Part shown: one piece after another, positions 43,201 to 55,886 of the stretch | Layout of the letters: each line of letters begins with the position of its first letter | Position numbering within the stretch: position 1 is the first letter of the stretch | Translations under genes and position numbers: made by a program | Notes under the pieces: generated by a model | Seen by the model: only the letters and a program-made list of their open reading frames with translations | What the model was told of the DNA's origin: nothing | Database searches by the model: none | Assembly: GCA_964035545.1 (NCBI GenBank) | Contig: OZ037768.1 | Coordinates: 1,830,741-1,894,740, forward strand | DNA: 64,000 nt | Direction of reading: 5' to 3' | From: Bugula neritina | Lineage: Eukaryota; Animalia; Bryozoa

Positions 43201-46200
43201 TGTCTGTAGAGGAAGTTCGTAGCGTTATCACCAAATGTCTCAAAGATGCGGCCCTCGTTAATTACACAAGAATTTCAGAGTTTGCCAAGATTGAAGGTAT
43301 GATGGTGTGTATGTTTCGTGTTGTGGCTACATTAAACACTGTCATGTATTAGTTTTCATCTTAACATGTAAATATTTCCTGGTTTGATTAGTTACATATA
43401 ATAATTCCAGCGGTTCAAGCATATGGGTATTTGTATCACGTTTTTGCCTTTTAAGGTAATGTGTGATAAGTAATGGCAGGTCAAACTGTCACTTCCCAGT
43501 TTTCAAGAAATAATTGAGAAAACAACTCCAAAGTTTAAATATTTTTGCACTTTTAATTTGATTAAAGTTGTAATTTAAATACTTGCATTTGAGTTAGTTT
43601 AGGAATATTAAACAGAGTAGCAAAGCAAATGTTGAAAATAAATCATAGAAGCTAACTGTCCTTATTACTTCTCATAGCGAATGTGGATGCGCATGACGAA
43701 ACAGTGTTTAACATTGAGCAAATGCCGACACTCCAATACTCTCATCTCATATCTCGTAAGATAGTCTGTATCATCTGCTTGTAACGGAGCACGTGATTGG
43801 TTGAAGTATCTCCCTATAGCAACAGTGTCCTCATCTTGTATATCTAGTTATTTCACTGCACGTGTGAACCTTGGGTGGGCTGTATTCTCTGTGGTAGGAT
43901 TAGTCTGTCTGTTTGTCTACCTGTTCTTGACTTGCACAAAATATAAGTTAGCCTTAGACCTGGCTGACTCAATATTGGGTGGGTGTCAACCTGCCTCTGT
44001 GCCTTCCTTCCAGATCCCAGTCCATCAAGTACTCGTAGTACTGCAGAAAGGCTGGTGAAACAGCACTGTGTCCTGTGTTAATTATGTATATATTGTTAGG
44101 GAGAAAGCAGTTTGGTTTTGTTTTGTTGGTGTGTCTGCGTAGTGTATTTAGAAAGGTGGAGGTCTCATACACACTCTGCATGTGTTTGCATACAGTACAC
44201 TGAAGTTTGTCAGGATTCAACTATTTTATATTCAGTTGTTTTCAATGTTGATGTGCTAGGTCTATATCTGAACTCAAACTGTGATACTGTAGTCCCATTT
44301 CAATAAAGGTTCATGTGTAGTTTGTTTTTCCTATGCATATTGTGAGTGTTACAATTATTGATATATAAGATGTAAATAGTTTGGCTACTTCTCTGATGTT
44401 TGTAATAATAAAGTGTGTTGTTGGGTAACAGAGGCAGCGCATAAGGACCCTGCTGACAGACTGGAGGATATCATACACTTAGCTGGTCTCTGTATAGAAG
44501 TGCTACAGCAGAATGAAGAGCATCACGCAGAGGTCAGTCTAGTGCAGTGTATTATAGTTGTGTTATAATACTGTATTATAGTTGTATTATAATACTGTAT
44601 TACAGTATAACACAGTTGTAATACAATAATATAGTACAACTGTATTACAGTAGTATTGTATTAATGTGTTGCACTAGTATTACTGTAATATATCCCAATT
44701 ACTTTTGTTGAAATGGAATTATCTTCCCATTTTTAATTCTAGGAATCTAGTATATACCAATAGTAAAGTAGATAGGCAGCTTTTATACATGTTGCCTAGT
44801 TTAAGTGTGAAGTGGGTGAAACTTTAGGAGCAAAATTTTGCATTAATTATAGAATTTTAGTAATTTTTTAATCCAAGTATTTCTACTGTTTCCATTAATA
44901 TTCTATGAAATATCCAAACTGTTGAACTTCAGGAAATATTGGAAAACATTTTCATGCCTTCAATTATTATTTTAATCATGTTGCAGCTGTGGTGGGTGCC
45001 TAGCATATATATTAATACTATATCTGCATGCTTCTCACACCCAACAGGTTATTTGTATCTACAGATATTTACCAACTTTTACCTCTTGCCTGTTTCTAAA
45101 TTTGTATCGTATATAAAAGATATTTTGTGATTTTTCTCAAGATTTGTAAGAGTCAGGTAATATGGCGGTTGTGCACGGTGAAGTTCCACGCTGGATACAC
45201 TTGTTTTGTATGAGCTGGTTTTGTTTATCTGTCAGCCAATGCCCCGCATGTTGACTTCTAAACTGTAAAACGTGATATTATAGGCTGCAATTTGAATTGT
45301 CGAAGTAAGAATTGACCTTCGAATCAAATTCTCACACATATTAACTTTAAGTTGCTTTCGAAATGCAGCGTATAATTATAAATGTGAAGGCTTCAGTAGG
45401 TGGGGCTGTGTAGATATGCAGAGCGGCTGAACCTTCTGTTATCTTATAGTAAACATATAGTATGATGTAACAATTCATACTACAGTCTATATAGTATGAT
45501 GTAACAATTCATACTACAATATGTGTAATGAAGATAATATAGTGCAATGTTAAGCTGTGTGCAGTGAGGTTAGAATCCTTCAAAAAATCCCCCCCCCTGC
45601 CCGCAGAGTCTTAGCAAGCTCACTGCCAATCTTCTTCTACTTAGTTAAGGTGCTAAGGCTATTTTCTATTTCACATTGCTGTGTTATAAATGGTACAAGG
45701 ATTGATGGCTTATTGCAGGCAAAAATGTTTTGATGTACTCATTCTTCCTGTAATCACATATTTTCTTATTCGTAGTAATTTTGTTGGTAAATTTTTCATG
45801 AAATATACTAAGTTTTGCCACTCTTGTTATAAACCCAGCTTGTTCATGCGTCTCCTTTTTTATTAGTCTTTATTTATTACTGAGTGCGTGACTTGTTTTA
45901 CACTAGGAATGCCGAGAGGTAAGTATAGACAAGTCGCACTGCTGTCTCCCTCTACTCATGCACTACTATTCCAGCCTTCCTATACAAGTATATAGGCTGT
46001 AGTTTTGTGTAAAGCAATTTGGGTTGCTGCTTCGTGACCTTGTGTTAACTGAGACTTCTGTGTCAGCTTACTGGGTGTGCACTCAAATGGTTTGGATTTG
46101 ATTTGATTGTCACACCTATTTATATTGTCTATTGCACTATGGTTATTCATCATCCAATCATTTCAGTAGTTGCTGCACAATGGCTGACCTATAATCTACA

Positions 46201-49200
46201 ACCGCTACAAACAATTTATTCTTGGTTAAAGTTCAATTCTCTCAATTTAAAAATTTTTTGCACCAAGTATCTATTGTTGAATTGAATTTGCCCTTACACC
46301 TGGTGCGTTGGCAATTTTCCTGCAAACTAGTAACTAACCGCCATCCTAATTTGGATAACTCTAGCAGCTAGCTCATCAAATACATTCTACAACTCTTTCA
46401 CTTGACTTACTTAGCTGCTTAAGCGAGTTTTACTTAACTGATTGATGTAGGAATAGTTAACTTTTACTGCATATTTTCTTTTGTCAACTGTTGCAGATGC
46501 ACTCTATCTTTTGTTGCAGGCGTTCACATGGTTTGCAGACGTGCTTCTTGAACACAACGAGATGTTCTGGTCACTCTTCACTGTGGATATGGACGCCTGT
46601 CTAGAAACTCAGCACCCGGAGAACTGGGAAATTTTTTCTCTTTTTAGTCTATTGAACAGTTACCTTTTAACCGACAGTGAGTTTAGCTATTATGGCCGTA
46701 GCATGTGTTATACTCGTATGTTTGTTGATACTGCAATAAGAACAAGCACACTCAAAGCATGGTAGTTCAAAAATATCTGTTGTTATTAAACATTAGCTAA
46801 ATAATTTTTGAGTTTGAATATATATTATGTGCTTAAATATGACACAATTTTCTTCATTTTTCTTGTTTGCTTTTATATTTGTTGATATTACAGAGAACTT
46901 GGTTCACGGGGAGTTTCATAAACACTTGAAGGATATATTCGCACCTCAGGTGGTGAGATATGTTGACCTCATGCAGTCCTCCATCGCCCAATCTGTTCAC
47001 AAAGGTGAGCGTCTCTTATACCTTCCAATTCTCTTTCTGTATACACTTGCCTTCCTCTAGCTCTTGCTTTTTGAAGAGTTGTTATTTTTAGCACCAAAGG
47101 GTTGAGATACTATAAATAACTCATAGCAGTCAATGTGAAAATATAAAAAAAAGGTTGAATAGTATACAAAAGTTAAAATGAATGTTTTCTTGTTAAACAT
47201 CAGTTTCTTCACAGCTCACCTTTGGAGACAGATACCTGTATTGTTCAAGTCAATGAGTCGACAGTAGACACTGTCAGTTACTCATTAGACACTGTCAGTC
47301 ACTCAGTAGACACTGTCAGTCACTCAGTAGACACTGTCAGTCACTCAGTAGACACTGTCAGTCACTCAGTAGACGCTGTCAGCCACTCAGTAGACACTCT
47401 CAGCCACTCAGTAGACACTGTCAGCCACTCAGCAGACCCTCTCAGTCACTCAATTTATTCTGCAGGATTCACTTCCAAAGAGAAATGGGAGCCGAAGGGC
47501 GCTGGCTGTGTCACTTCTGATGATGTGTTGTGGAAGTTAGATGCTCTGCAGACGTTCATTAAAGAGTTGCAATGGCCGGACGATGTGTTTGCTGAGCACC
47601 TGGAAGGCAGACTGAAACTGATGGCCAGTGATATGATGGAGGCCATGGGTAACAGGTGTGTAAACAATCCACTGTGGCTCCTCTCTAAATACCGTAATTA
47701 TAGTTATTTTAACTACTTGTGTTGTTCATTTTAAAGTTTTTACTTTAAGCAAGCTCAGATCAGTATGAAATGTGGTCGTTGATTCTTTATAGGCTACTTT
47801 TGGTCTCTGGTGTGTAAACAATAGTTGTACACTTCCTAAGTTCGTCTTTGCATGTTTTTCATGCATTTCATAACATTTCAGGACAATAAGTGCATTTGGA
47901 GGTATGTTGAATAGATGTAGTAAAGGTCTTGACTTTGTTGTCCCATCTGAAATCTGTGTGATGGTGAACACACTGTCAGACTGCAAGGCTCAGGTAGGTG
48001 GCTTTCAACAATATGTTATGGTCTTCGTTTTATATGTAATGGTCTTCGTTTAATATATTACGGTCTTTGTTTTATATATTATGGTCTTTGTTTTATATTT
48101 TATGGTCTTTGTTTTATATGTTATGGTCTTTGTTTTATATTTTATGGTCTTTGTTTTATATGTTATGGTCTTTGTTTTATATGTTATGGTCTTTGTTTTA
48201 TATGTTATGGTCTTTGTTTTATATGTTATGGTCTTTGTTTTATATTATGTTCTGGTCGTTGGCACATAGGAGACAGATTTATCTCAAATAATGAAATCTA
48301 AATTGTGGTAGTATATAGATTACTTGGTTGCATTTATGTATAAAATAGTCAGATCTAATGTCTCAGCTTTCAGATGTGTAGTATACTGTAACTAGCAGAC
48401 GTATAGTATGCTGTAATTAGCAGACGTATAGTATACTGTAACTAGCAGACGTATAGTATACTGTAACTTGCAGACGTATAGTATACTGTAACTAGCAGAC
48501 GTATAGTATACTGTAACTAGCAGACGTATAGTATGTGCAACTAGCAGACGTATAGTATGTGTACCTTGTAGGCACTGAAGCTGTGCATAATGGCTGGGGA
48601 GTCAACGCACCGCTATCACATACACATAGAGGAGTATCTCGAGAGCGCCATCAAACACATACTGGACTCGCTGTTGGAGAGGTTCTTACTTGTCCTTGAC
48701 ATTACGCTGCAGAAACTGAAGAGATATGATGAGGGCTCATTTCTCAAGTCAATACTCACACTCACTGTTAGTATCTAGTACTCACTGTTAGTATCTAGTA
48801 CTCACTGTTAGTATCTAGTACTCACTATTAGTATCTAGTATTCAATGTTAGTATGTAGTATTCACTGTTAGTATCTAGTACTCACTGTTAGTATCTAGTA
48901 CTCACTGTTAGTATCTAGTACTCACTGTTAGTATCTAGTACTCACTGTTAATATCTAGTACTCACTGTTAGTATCTAGTACTCACTGTTAGTATCTAGTG
49001 CTCACTGTTAGTATCTAGTGCTCACTGTTAGTATCTAGTGCTCACTGTTAGTATCTAGTACTCACCGTTAGTATCTAGTACTCACTGTTAGTATCTAGTA
49101 CTCACTGTTAGTATCTAGTACTCACTGTTAGTATCTAGTACTCACTGTTAGTATCTAGCACTCACTGTTAATATCTAGTACTCACTATTAGTATCTAGTA

Positions 49201-50984
49201 TTCAATGTTAGTATGTAGTATTCACTGTTAGTATTTAGTACTCACTGTTAGTATCTAGTACTCACTGTTAGTATCTAGTACTCACTGTTAATATTTAGTA
49301 CTCACTGTTAGTATCTAGTGCTCACTGTTAGTATCTAGTGCTCACTGTTAGTATCTAGTGCTCACTGTTAGTATCTAGTGCTCACTGTTAGTATCTAGTG
49401 CTCACTGTTAGTATCTAGTACTCACTGTTAGTATCTAGTACTCACTGTTAGTATCTAGTACTCACTGTTAGTATCTAGTACTCACTGTTAGTATCTAGTA
49501 CTCACTGTTAGTATCTAGTGCTCACTGTTAGTATCTAGTGCTCACTGTTAGTATCTAGTACTCACTGTTAGTATCTAGTACTCACTGTTAGTATCTAGTA
49601 CTCACTACTCAGTTCATATAATTGTATTAACTTATCCTTGCAACTTAGTAACTTAATTTTAGAAGCCGACGAATGAACTTGGCCAAGAGTACATTATATT
49701 TGTGTTTGGAAATATGGATATGATATGCAACAAGATAACCGATGACGGATATTTTGGTAATACTTTACTGGAGGTAAGTAAATGGGCGAATTTCTCTCTT
49801 ATACAAATACAAGTCTTATCAACTCTCTACACTGAACAGTTTTCACATTATGTTGATAAAATTTAGATTTTGAACTGTAGTCTATGGAAAATAGTAAAAT
49901 ATATTATTGAAAAACAAATTTGAATTGAATATTGTTTAATGGGTTTTTTTGGAAATATGCTTTTATTTATTGTATTTATTGGGCAGTTTGGTTTCTTTTT
50001 GAGCCTATTTCTACCGGCCACATGAGTTGATCGTTTGGTGATGGTTTATTAACTTAAGTGAAGGGGTCTTATGACGTAATATTAAATAAGTAGAACATTT
50101 GGTATGTTTTGGAAATGTTGTGTATTGTAGGTGTGGTATGGACAGCAGGTTGATATTATACACAAGTGGCTGGCAGAACGAGTGGAGATGACTCTACATC
50201 CGTATCAACTTACCTGTCTAATACACATTATCAAGGTAAGGCAACTTCTGAGATCTACTAATAAATCTACTACCCACTATGAGTGGTTATGTCATTTATT
50301 GTTATATTATATACTGTTATATTATATCTTGTTACGAATTATGCTGTTATATTGTATACTGTTATATTATATACTATTACATAATATGCTATTATATTAT
50401 ACATTGTTATATTATACATTGTTATATTATATATTGTTATATTGTATTGTTATATTTTACATTGTTATATTATATATTGTTATATTATATTGTTATATTA
50501 TACATTGTTATATTATACATTGTTATATTATATGTTGTTATATTATATTGCTATATTATATATTGTTATATATTGTTTTATTGTATGTTGTAGCGACTAC
50601 GCCATGACTTTGAGTTACAGGGAACTCTTTGTGAAGAGATCTCTAATTCTGCCTACGATGCTATATGCAAGCGGTTAAGTGTAAGTAGAATCTAGAGATA
50701 CTTGTGCTCTTCACTCGCATTTTGTATAGCTTCATCTGCCGTATTCAATGTTATTCCTGAATAGAAAACAAAACCTGTTGAATTAAAAATCTTAATATTC
50801 GTCTTTAGTTTTCTAATCATCAAATCTTTATGATCTTTACTCTAACTAAGTTTCTACCAGCACTTCATATCTTCTGTTTGTTAGTCACGTGTTGATATTT
50901 TAGGTGGAAGAGACGAGTCAAGCTGTGAATGAAAGTCGACCAGCTAGAACTTTAGCCAGCCTTTCTGTGGACTTGGATACCTGA
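28216..50984 (+). CDS. CADPS: Calcium-dependent secretion activator (CAPS/UNC-31): C2, PH and MUN domains
   Basis: Exons 28216-29322, 30936-31022, 31568-31713, 32344-32437, 33207-33297, 34420-34556, 35593-35732, 38270-38445, 39338-39553, 40495-40631, 40914-41101, 41710-41811, 41935-41998, 43173-43296, 44432-44532, 46520-46676, 46894-47004, 47466-47655, 47882-47993, 48572-48766, 49663-49773, 50131-50235, 50594-50680, 50904-50984 (TGA). Signature peptides [127 protein letters not shown]. Confidence 0.95.
32150..32308. repeat. 22-bp minisatellite (TAATACAGAGTAGGTGTGTTCA) before a CADPS acceptor
   Basis: Read directly. Confidence 0.9.
32822..33172. repeat. 16-18-bp minisatellite (CTGACACATAGTRTGTTR)
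   Basis: Read directly. Confidence 0.9.
33335..33650. repeat. About 37-bp degenerate minisatellite (TACTGTATATACTATCTACT...)
   Basis: Read directly. Confidence 0.85.
34287..34414. repeat. About 41-bp repeat x3 running into the CADPS acceptor at 34419
   Basis: TTTCATTTAGACCTGAACTA recurs three times. Confidence 0.85.
34648..34880. repeat. About 31-bp minisatellite (TATTACTYGTTGTATTACTGTATAGTATACG)
   Basis: Read directly. Confidence 0.85.
36562..38167. repeat. 34-bp minisatellite (ACTTGTGAGTACTATACTAACACTGGTGTGTGTG), about 47 copies, CADPS intron 7
   Basis: Read directly; the unit contains GTGAGT and TACTAAC. Confidence 0.96.
38438..38682. repeat. 29-bp repeat (about 8.5 copies) whose unit spans a CADPS donor
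   Basis: TG|GTRAGT recurs every 29 bp from 38446. Confidence 0.92.
40695..40872. repeat. About 25-bp minisatellite (TATATAGTATGTAGGAATATATAAG)
   Basis: Read directly. Confidence 0.85.
42480..42757. repeat. Degenerate (TCAC/TCAG/TCTC)n low-complexity tract
   Basis: Read directly; explains the S/L/H ORF. Confidence 0.75.
43678..43755 (+). CDS. CADPS: Candidate 78-nt symmetric (phase 1-1) cassette exon of CADPS
   Basis: CTTCTCATAG|...|GTAAGA. Open in the CADPS frame ([26 protein letters not shown]). The flanking exons also join in frame without it. Confidence 0.55.
45907..45918 (+). CDS. CADPS: Candidate 12-nt microexon (ECRE) of CADPS
   Basis: TTTTACACTAG|GAATGCCGAGAG|GTAAGT, phase 0-0, between ...EEHHAE and AFTWF... 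Confidence 0.7.
47261..47452. repeat. 21-bp minisatellite (CAGTAGACACTGTCAGYCACT) x9 before a CADPS acceptor
   Basis: Read directly. Confidence 0.92.
48011..48250. repeat. 21-bp minisatellite (TATGTTATGGTCTTTGTTTTA)
   Basis: Read directly. Confidence 0.92.
48376..48560. repeat. 25-bp minisatellite (GTATAGTATACTGTAACTAGCAGAC) before a CADPS acceptor
   Basis: Read directly. Confidence 0.92.
48761..49606. repeat. 20-bp minisatellite (CTCACT|GTTAGTATCTAGTA) x42 spanning a CADPS donor
   Basis: Exact 20-bp period; the first unit begins in the exon. Confidence 0.97.
50290..50585. repeat. About 15-bp AT-rich repeat (TATTGTTATATTATA)
   Basis: Read directly. Confidence 0.85.
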
Positions 50985-53842
50985 TGTCTCTGTAGACCTA
51001 AACACTTACCTGTAGACTTACAGACCTGAACACTTACCTTTAGACATACAATACCTGCAGGCATACACACATAACACCTAGACATGTTAACACACATTTA
51101 TAGACTTTTAGATATTTATATTAGACACACCTCCTTTTATACTCAGACATGGAGAGAGAAAGTTTGAAATATATCTGTGATTGACATTACTTTCTAAAAT
51201 TCTTTTATTCGATCATACATATTTTATGCTCTACCAATTCTCAAAATATTATATTTGCATTTTCGGTGTATTTATTTATGTTTTGGTTATAAACTTGTAC
51301 AGAAAATAAGTGTGTATGATTGACGTATCAAATTACTGCTAAACCAAATCTGCGTGAATGGTGTTTGTGATTGCTTTGCGAGTAGACATAGATTATTCCA
51401 TGATTTTATATAATTATTTGCTGCTTAATTTATTGCTATTTATATCCCAAATGAACTGCACCAGCTAAATACGCTACTTTCCATTATTTATTAGATCATG
51501 ATGTCAATTCTAAATTTTTTATTTTTTATGTTGTTAAATTTCTATAAAGGTTGGTCAATCACTGATAAGTATATTATTTTTGTTCTATTTTTGGCTTCAA
51601 GTCTTGAGTAGTCGAGCTATGTTGATTATCAAGTTATGTCACTGTATAATCTCTCTGAATCTAGTCATGCATCAAATACTGCTTAGCTGTCAACTTTTAT
51701 TTTTTGCAGTCATGTGATTATTGCTTTTTATTTCTACAATATTTTAACTTTGATTTTTATTTAAACTTTTTAAATTTTAGTTACAAAGGTGCTTTCGGTT
51801 TATGTGAAAGTACATATAAATTATTATTTATTAGTTTACTTTTAGTAAACTAGTGGCAATATTTTGTAGTTTATCTACACTACATTTCCCTATTATCTGC
51901 ACACTAATATATACGTGTAAATTCTAATAAATCAATTATGTTGCTACTAGCAAGGATACAGCCACTTTATTGTCATGCTTCCACAATTTTAGAATGATTA
52001 TTAGTCACATGAATGAATGGAACTTTTATTATTGCCAGTAATTTATTTTTGCACTGACCTTTTTAGCTTGGAAACTAACTCGTCAAATTTATATCACTAT
52101 AGTCTGCATTCGATTAATCGACCAGCAAACTATATAATTACACTAGGTATTTATTCATAATTATAGCATCTAGGGAATGCTTGCAACCAGTGTCGTATGT
52201 CATGTCATTCAGGAACACCGTGCAATTTTTGCTATATATGGTTACACACACGCGCGCGCGCGCGCACACACTGTCTAATAGTTGAACTGACGTTGAACTT
52301 ACCAAATTTGATCTTGGGCAGCAGGTAACATTCATTTAGAGTTGTTTTCTCGTGAGTTATAGCTAGACTATTCTAAAGTTTATATACTAAACAGAGTAGG
52401 TGGACTTTTCTTCGGGTAGATTTTTGAAGAATAAAAACCTGCCGTGTATAATTCTGGACCATCCAAATTAGTTACTTTTCCTGTTAATCCAATGTTGTAC
52501 TTTGCTACTGTCACACTCACTGAATGCATACACTTACAGTAGTGGGTGACTGAATATATTAATCTCAATTAGTTTAAATATTTTAATGTTTTATTTGATA
52601 TGGTCTATGGGTGACCTTGGTAAATATTTTAAATAACATTAATAACCATGAATATTGAATTGTTACACTTATTAAAAGTAAAACTAAATCTATTACTATT
52701 AGTATTAGTATAACTCTAAGTATAAGTATTTCTAAAAGTAAATGCCAGAACTATTACTATTACTATTAGTATTACTATAACTATTAGTAACACTAATAGT
52801 AATAGTAATAATTCTGACATTTAGATTACTATTACTATGACATAATGATTATGATGACACTGTGACTGTCAATGTCTGATTGTGATTAAAAAAACTTCAA
52901 GTTTATAACTTACTCACTCTAAATTTAAGTGATTATCAAAAGCCCTTATCAAGTTTTCTTTTATAATTTCAACTGTTACTATTAGTATTAGTATTGGTAT
53001 TACTATTTCAGTATTTGTTCATTGAGATGAAAGTTTCTGGAAAAATTGATATAAAACCTAATTACTAATACTAATAGTTATAGTAATAGTAATTATTTAT
53101 TATTAATTTTAGTTTGTAATTTGAATTACTAGTGATCATACTCATTGGCTTGGACAAAGTGATACTCGTACTGATATTGAGGCTTTTACTTTTAGCTTTA
53201 CAATTACATTTACTGTACTGGTACTGCTACTACTACTGCTAATGCTACTAGTACTACTACTAGTACTACTACTACTATCTGTCAGCGCCTATTAGTACTA
53301 TAGTACTGATAGTGATGCTAACTGTCAACAGTCGCATCTGTGGACCAAGAGTTAGGGTGGAATTTAGACTTTGAGTTTAATTTTAGGTCTTTTCACAGTC
53401 TCGGTGTGTGGCTAAATATTATTACCAATTTAATTAATAATTAGAGCTATCATTATTATTGTTTTATATAATATGCTTATGTACTATATAAGTATAAAGA
53501 GTCATAGACTCATGGTAATTGCACGGCTAAGGTAAAGTTAACTTGCTAAATCATGAATTTCAATAACTAAAATCTAAAATTGGAAGTTATTATCGCTTCG
53601 TTGTTTATATATAATAATTGTAATCATAATACCTGTGAATATTACTATTAGCATTACACATAGTCTAACTTTTACTATAATAGCCATATTAATATTAATG
53701 TTCATTTTGATAACAAGCGATCGTAGACACACATTGTTAAATGCGCAATAGTAAACAAGTATTTAAATTCATTATTATACTTATAGTGATAGCCAACGAG
53801 TCATGCATTGATAAATGGTGGATTTAATGTCTGCTGAGAATT

Positions 53843-53852
53843 AAGATGGCGG
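53843..53852 (+). promoter_or_regulatory. YY1-type motif AAGATGGCGG overlapping the RICTOR start codon
   Basis: Matches the YY1 consensus, which often overlaps the ATG of housekeeping genes; no functional evidence. Confidence 0.35.
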
Positions 53853-55732
53853 AATTTAGCAGACGTCCACGTTATGTGCAACAGAGCTCAATCATATCTA
53901 GTCGTTACAACAGGAGAAGTAAGTGAAGCTAAAAAACAATTAATAATATAATTCAAATTGTACTATTTATACTAATAGTAATTAAATTTAATTTTATCTG
54001 CAAGTCTATTATCCTGTTTACATTTGCTTTGTTGATAATTGCAGGTGGTAAATGATAACTACTAGGTCAGTGGTGTTTGTTATTGAAATAATAAGTAGAC
54101 CTATATTTTATTGGAGTATATCTATGACTATTTTACGGTGACTTGTTGATAAGTAACCAAATTATGTCGAAACACTGTTTGCTAAATTTTCAATTCAAAC
54201 ATAATAATTAATGCTTCCACCTCTTTAATATATTTTTAACACGTTTAGTTTGTATTATATTTCCACAATGACTATTTGTTGCTAACCACAAAATAAGCTT
54301 ATTTAATAAATTAGAAACAATATTTATATTTATATTGAGTCAGTTTTGTCTTTTCCAGTTACTGTTTGATATTACAGCTTTATTGATCACATGATCACAA
54401 CATGCTTTTATTTTTACTCAATTTTTATCTTGGTTGTTGCAGGAAAGTCTACAGTAGATGAAGAAGTTGTAGAGTTGAGTCCAGAAAAAGGTAAAGCTGC
54501 TTCCCATGGTGCCATGCTGATTTGATAAATCTCCTTTAATAGTTTAGAATAATGCCAAAACTCAGTAACCTTAGCAAGATCTGAATGACCTTTGAACCCG
54601 GCCCCCTTGTAGGACATATCAGCATATAGTTTACTGCGTAGGTACTCTTTTAGCTCGTACTCAGGTAGACTGCCGTACTCAGGTAGACTCTCGTGCTCAG
54701 GTAGACTCTCGTACTCAGGTAGACTCTCGTACTCAATGTAGACCCTTGTACTCAGGTAGACCCTTGTACTCAGGTAGACCCTTGTACTCAGGTAGATTCT
54801 CTTACTCAGGTACTGAGAAGTTGAGAAAATATTCTCTCTACTATTTACTGAAAATACATTATTTCAATTTGTTTATTTTAACTCCTGTTATAAACATGTG
54901 GTTTGCTCAGTATCATTTTCTTATGCCAGTGATTTCTTGTTTTAAATATGCATACTTTCTGTTATTATTAAATTATATATTATATTTTATACTAGTACTA
55001 CCCTCTAGCGTGGCACATCTACGTCAACTAATTTTTCAAGTTACATAATATAAGACATTATGATATTTTCTCGATATAAAATATTTGTTACGAGATTTAT
55101 CAGTGCTTGTGAGCTACTCAATAGATAGAAGTCTGAAGGCAATGTTAATCTTAGCTACTATATAATATGTGTGTGCGTGTGTTTGTCTCAGCTGGTATAT
55201 TTATTGCTTAACATACTTTACAGTTTATTTTATGATCCCTTTTTATATAGTCTAACACTAACCTCCTTATTATTGGCTCTTTCCTTCACTGTATGATGAG
55301 ACATCTTGCAATATATAGTAGAATATATGGTAGGATTACATGATCTCTACTACTATTCTATTATCTGACCATATGGCTACCTTCCTATCTCTCACTGATA
55401 TAGAGATCAAACATATCCTTCATACCTTATCAGATTAACAGATGAGCATTTCTATATTCATAAGTTTATTTTCTTGGCAAATAGTATGTCATGATTTGGA
55501 TGATCTATTGGGGGACCGTAGTGCCTAGTGCTAGTTATAGTGCCAGTACTAGTGCTAATACTACTGCTACTACTACTACTACTGCTACTACTACTACTTC
55601 TACTACTACTACCACTACCACTACTACTACTACTACTACTAGTACTACTACTACTACTACTAGTACTACTACTACCACTACCACTACTACTACTAGTACT
55701 ACTACTACTACTACTACTGCTACTACTGCTAT

Positions 55733-55770
<38 letters not shown>

Positions 55771-55792
55771 GTACTAGTATTACTACTACTAG

Positions 55793-55835
<43 letters not shown>

Positions 55836-55836
55836 G

Positions 55837-55886
<50 letters not shown>

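Noticed and set aside
44014-44054. Possible extra CADPS exon after CCTTCCTTCCAG ([14 protein letters not shown])
   Set aside because: Good acceptor, but the nearest GT donor gives 41 nt and breaks the frame; unsupported without RNA data
52380-52568. 62-aa minus-strand ORF between CADPS and RICTOR
   Set aside because: No recognisable homology or convincing multi-exon structure
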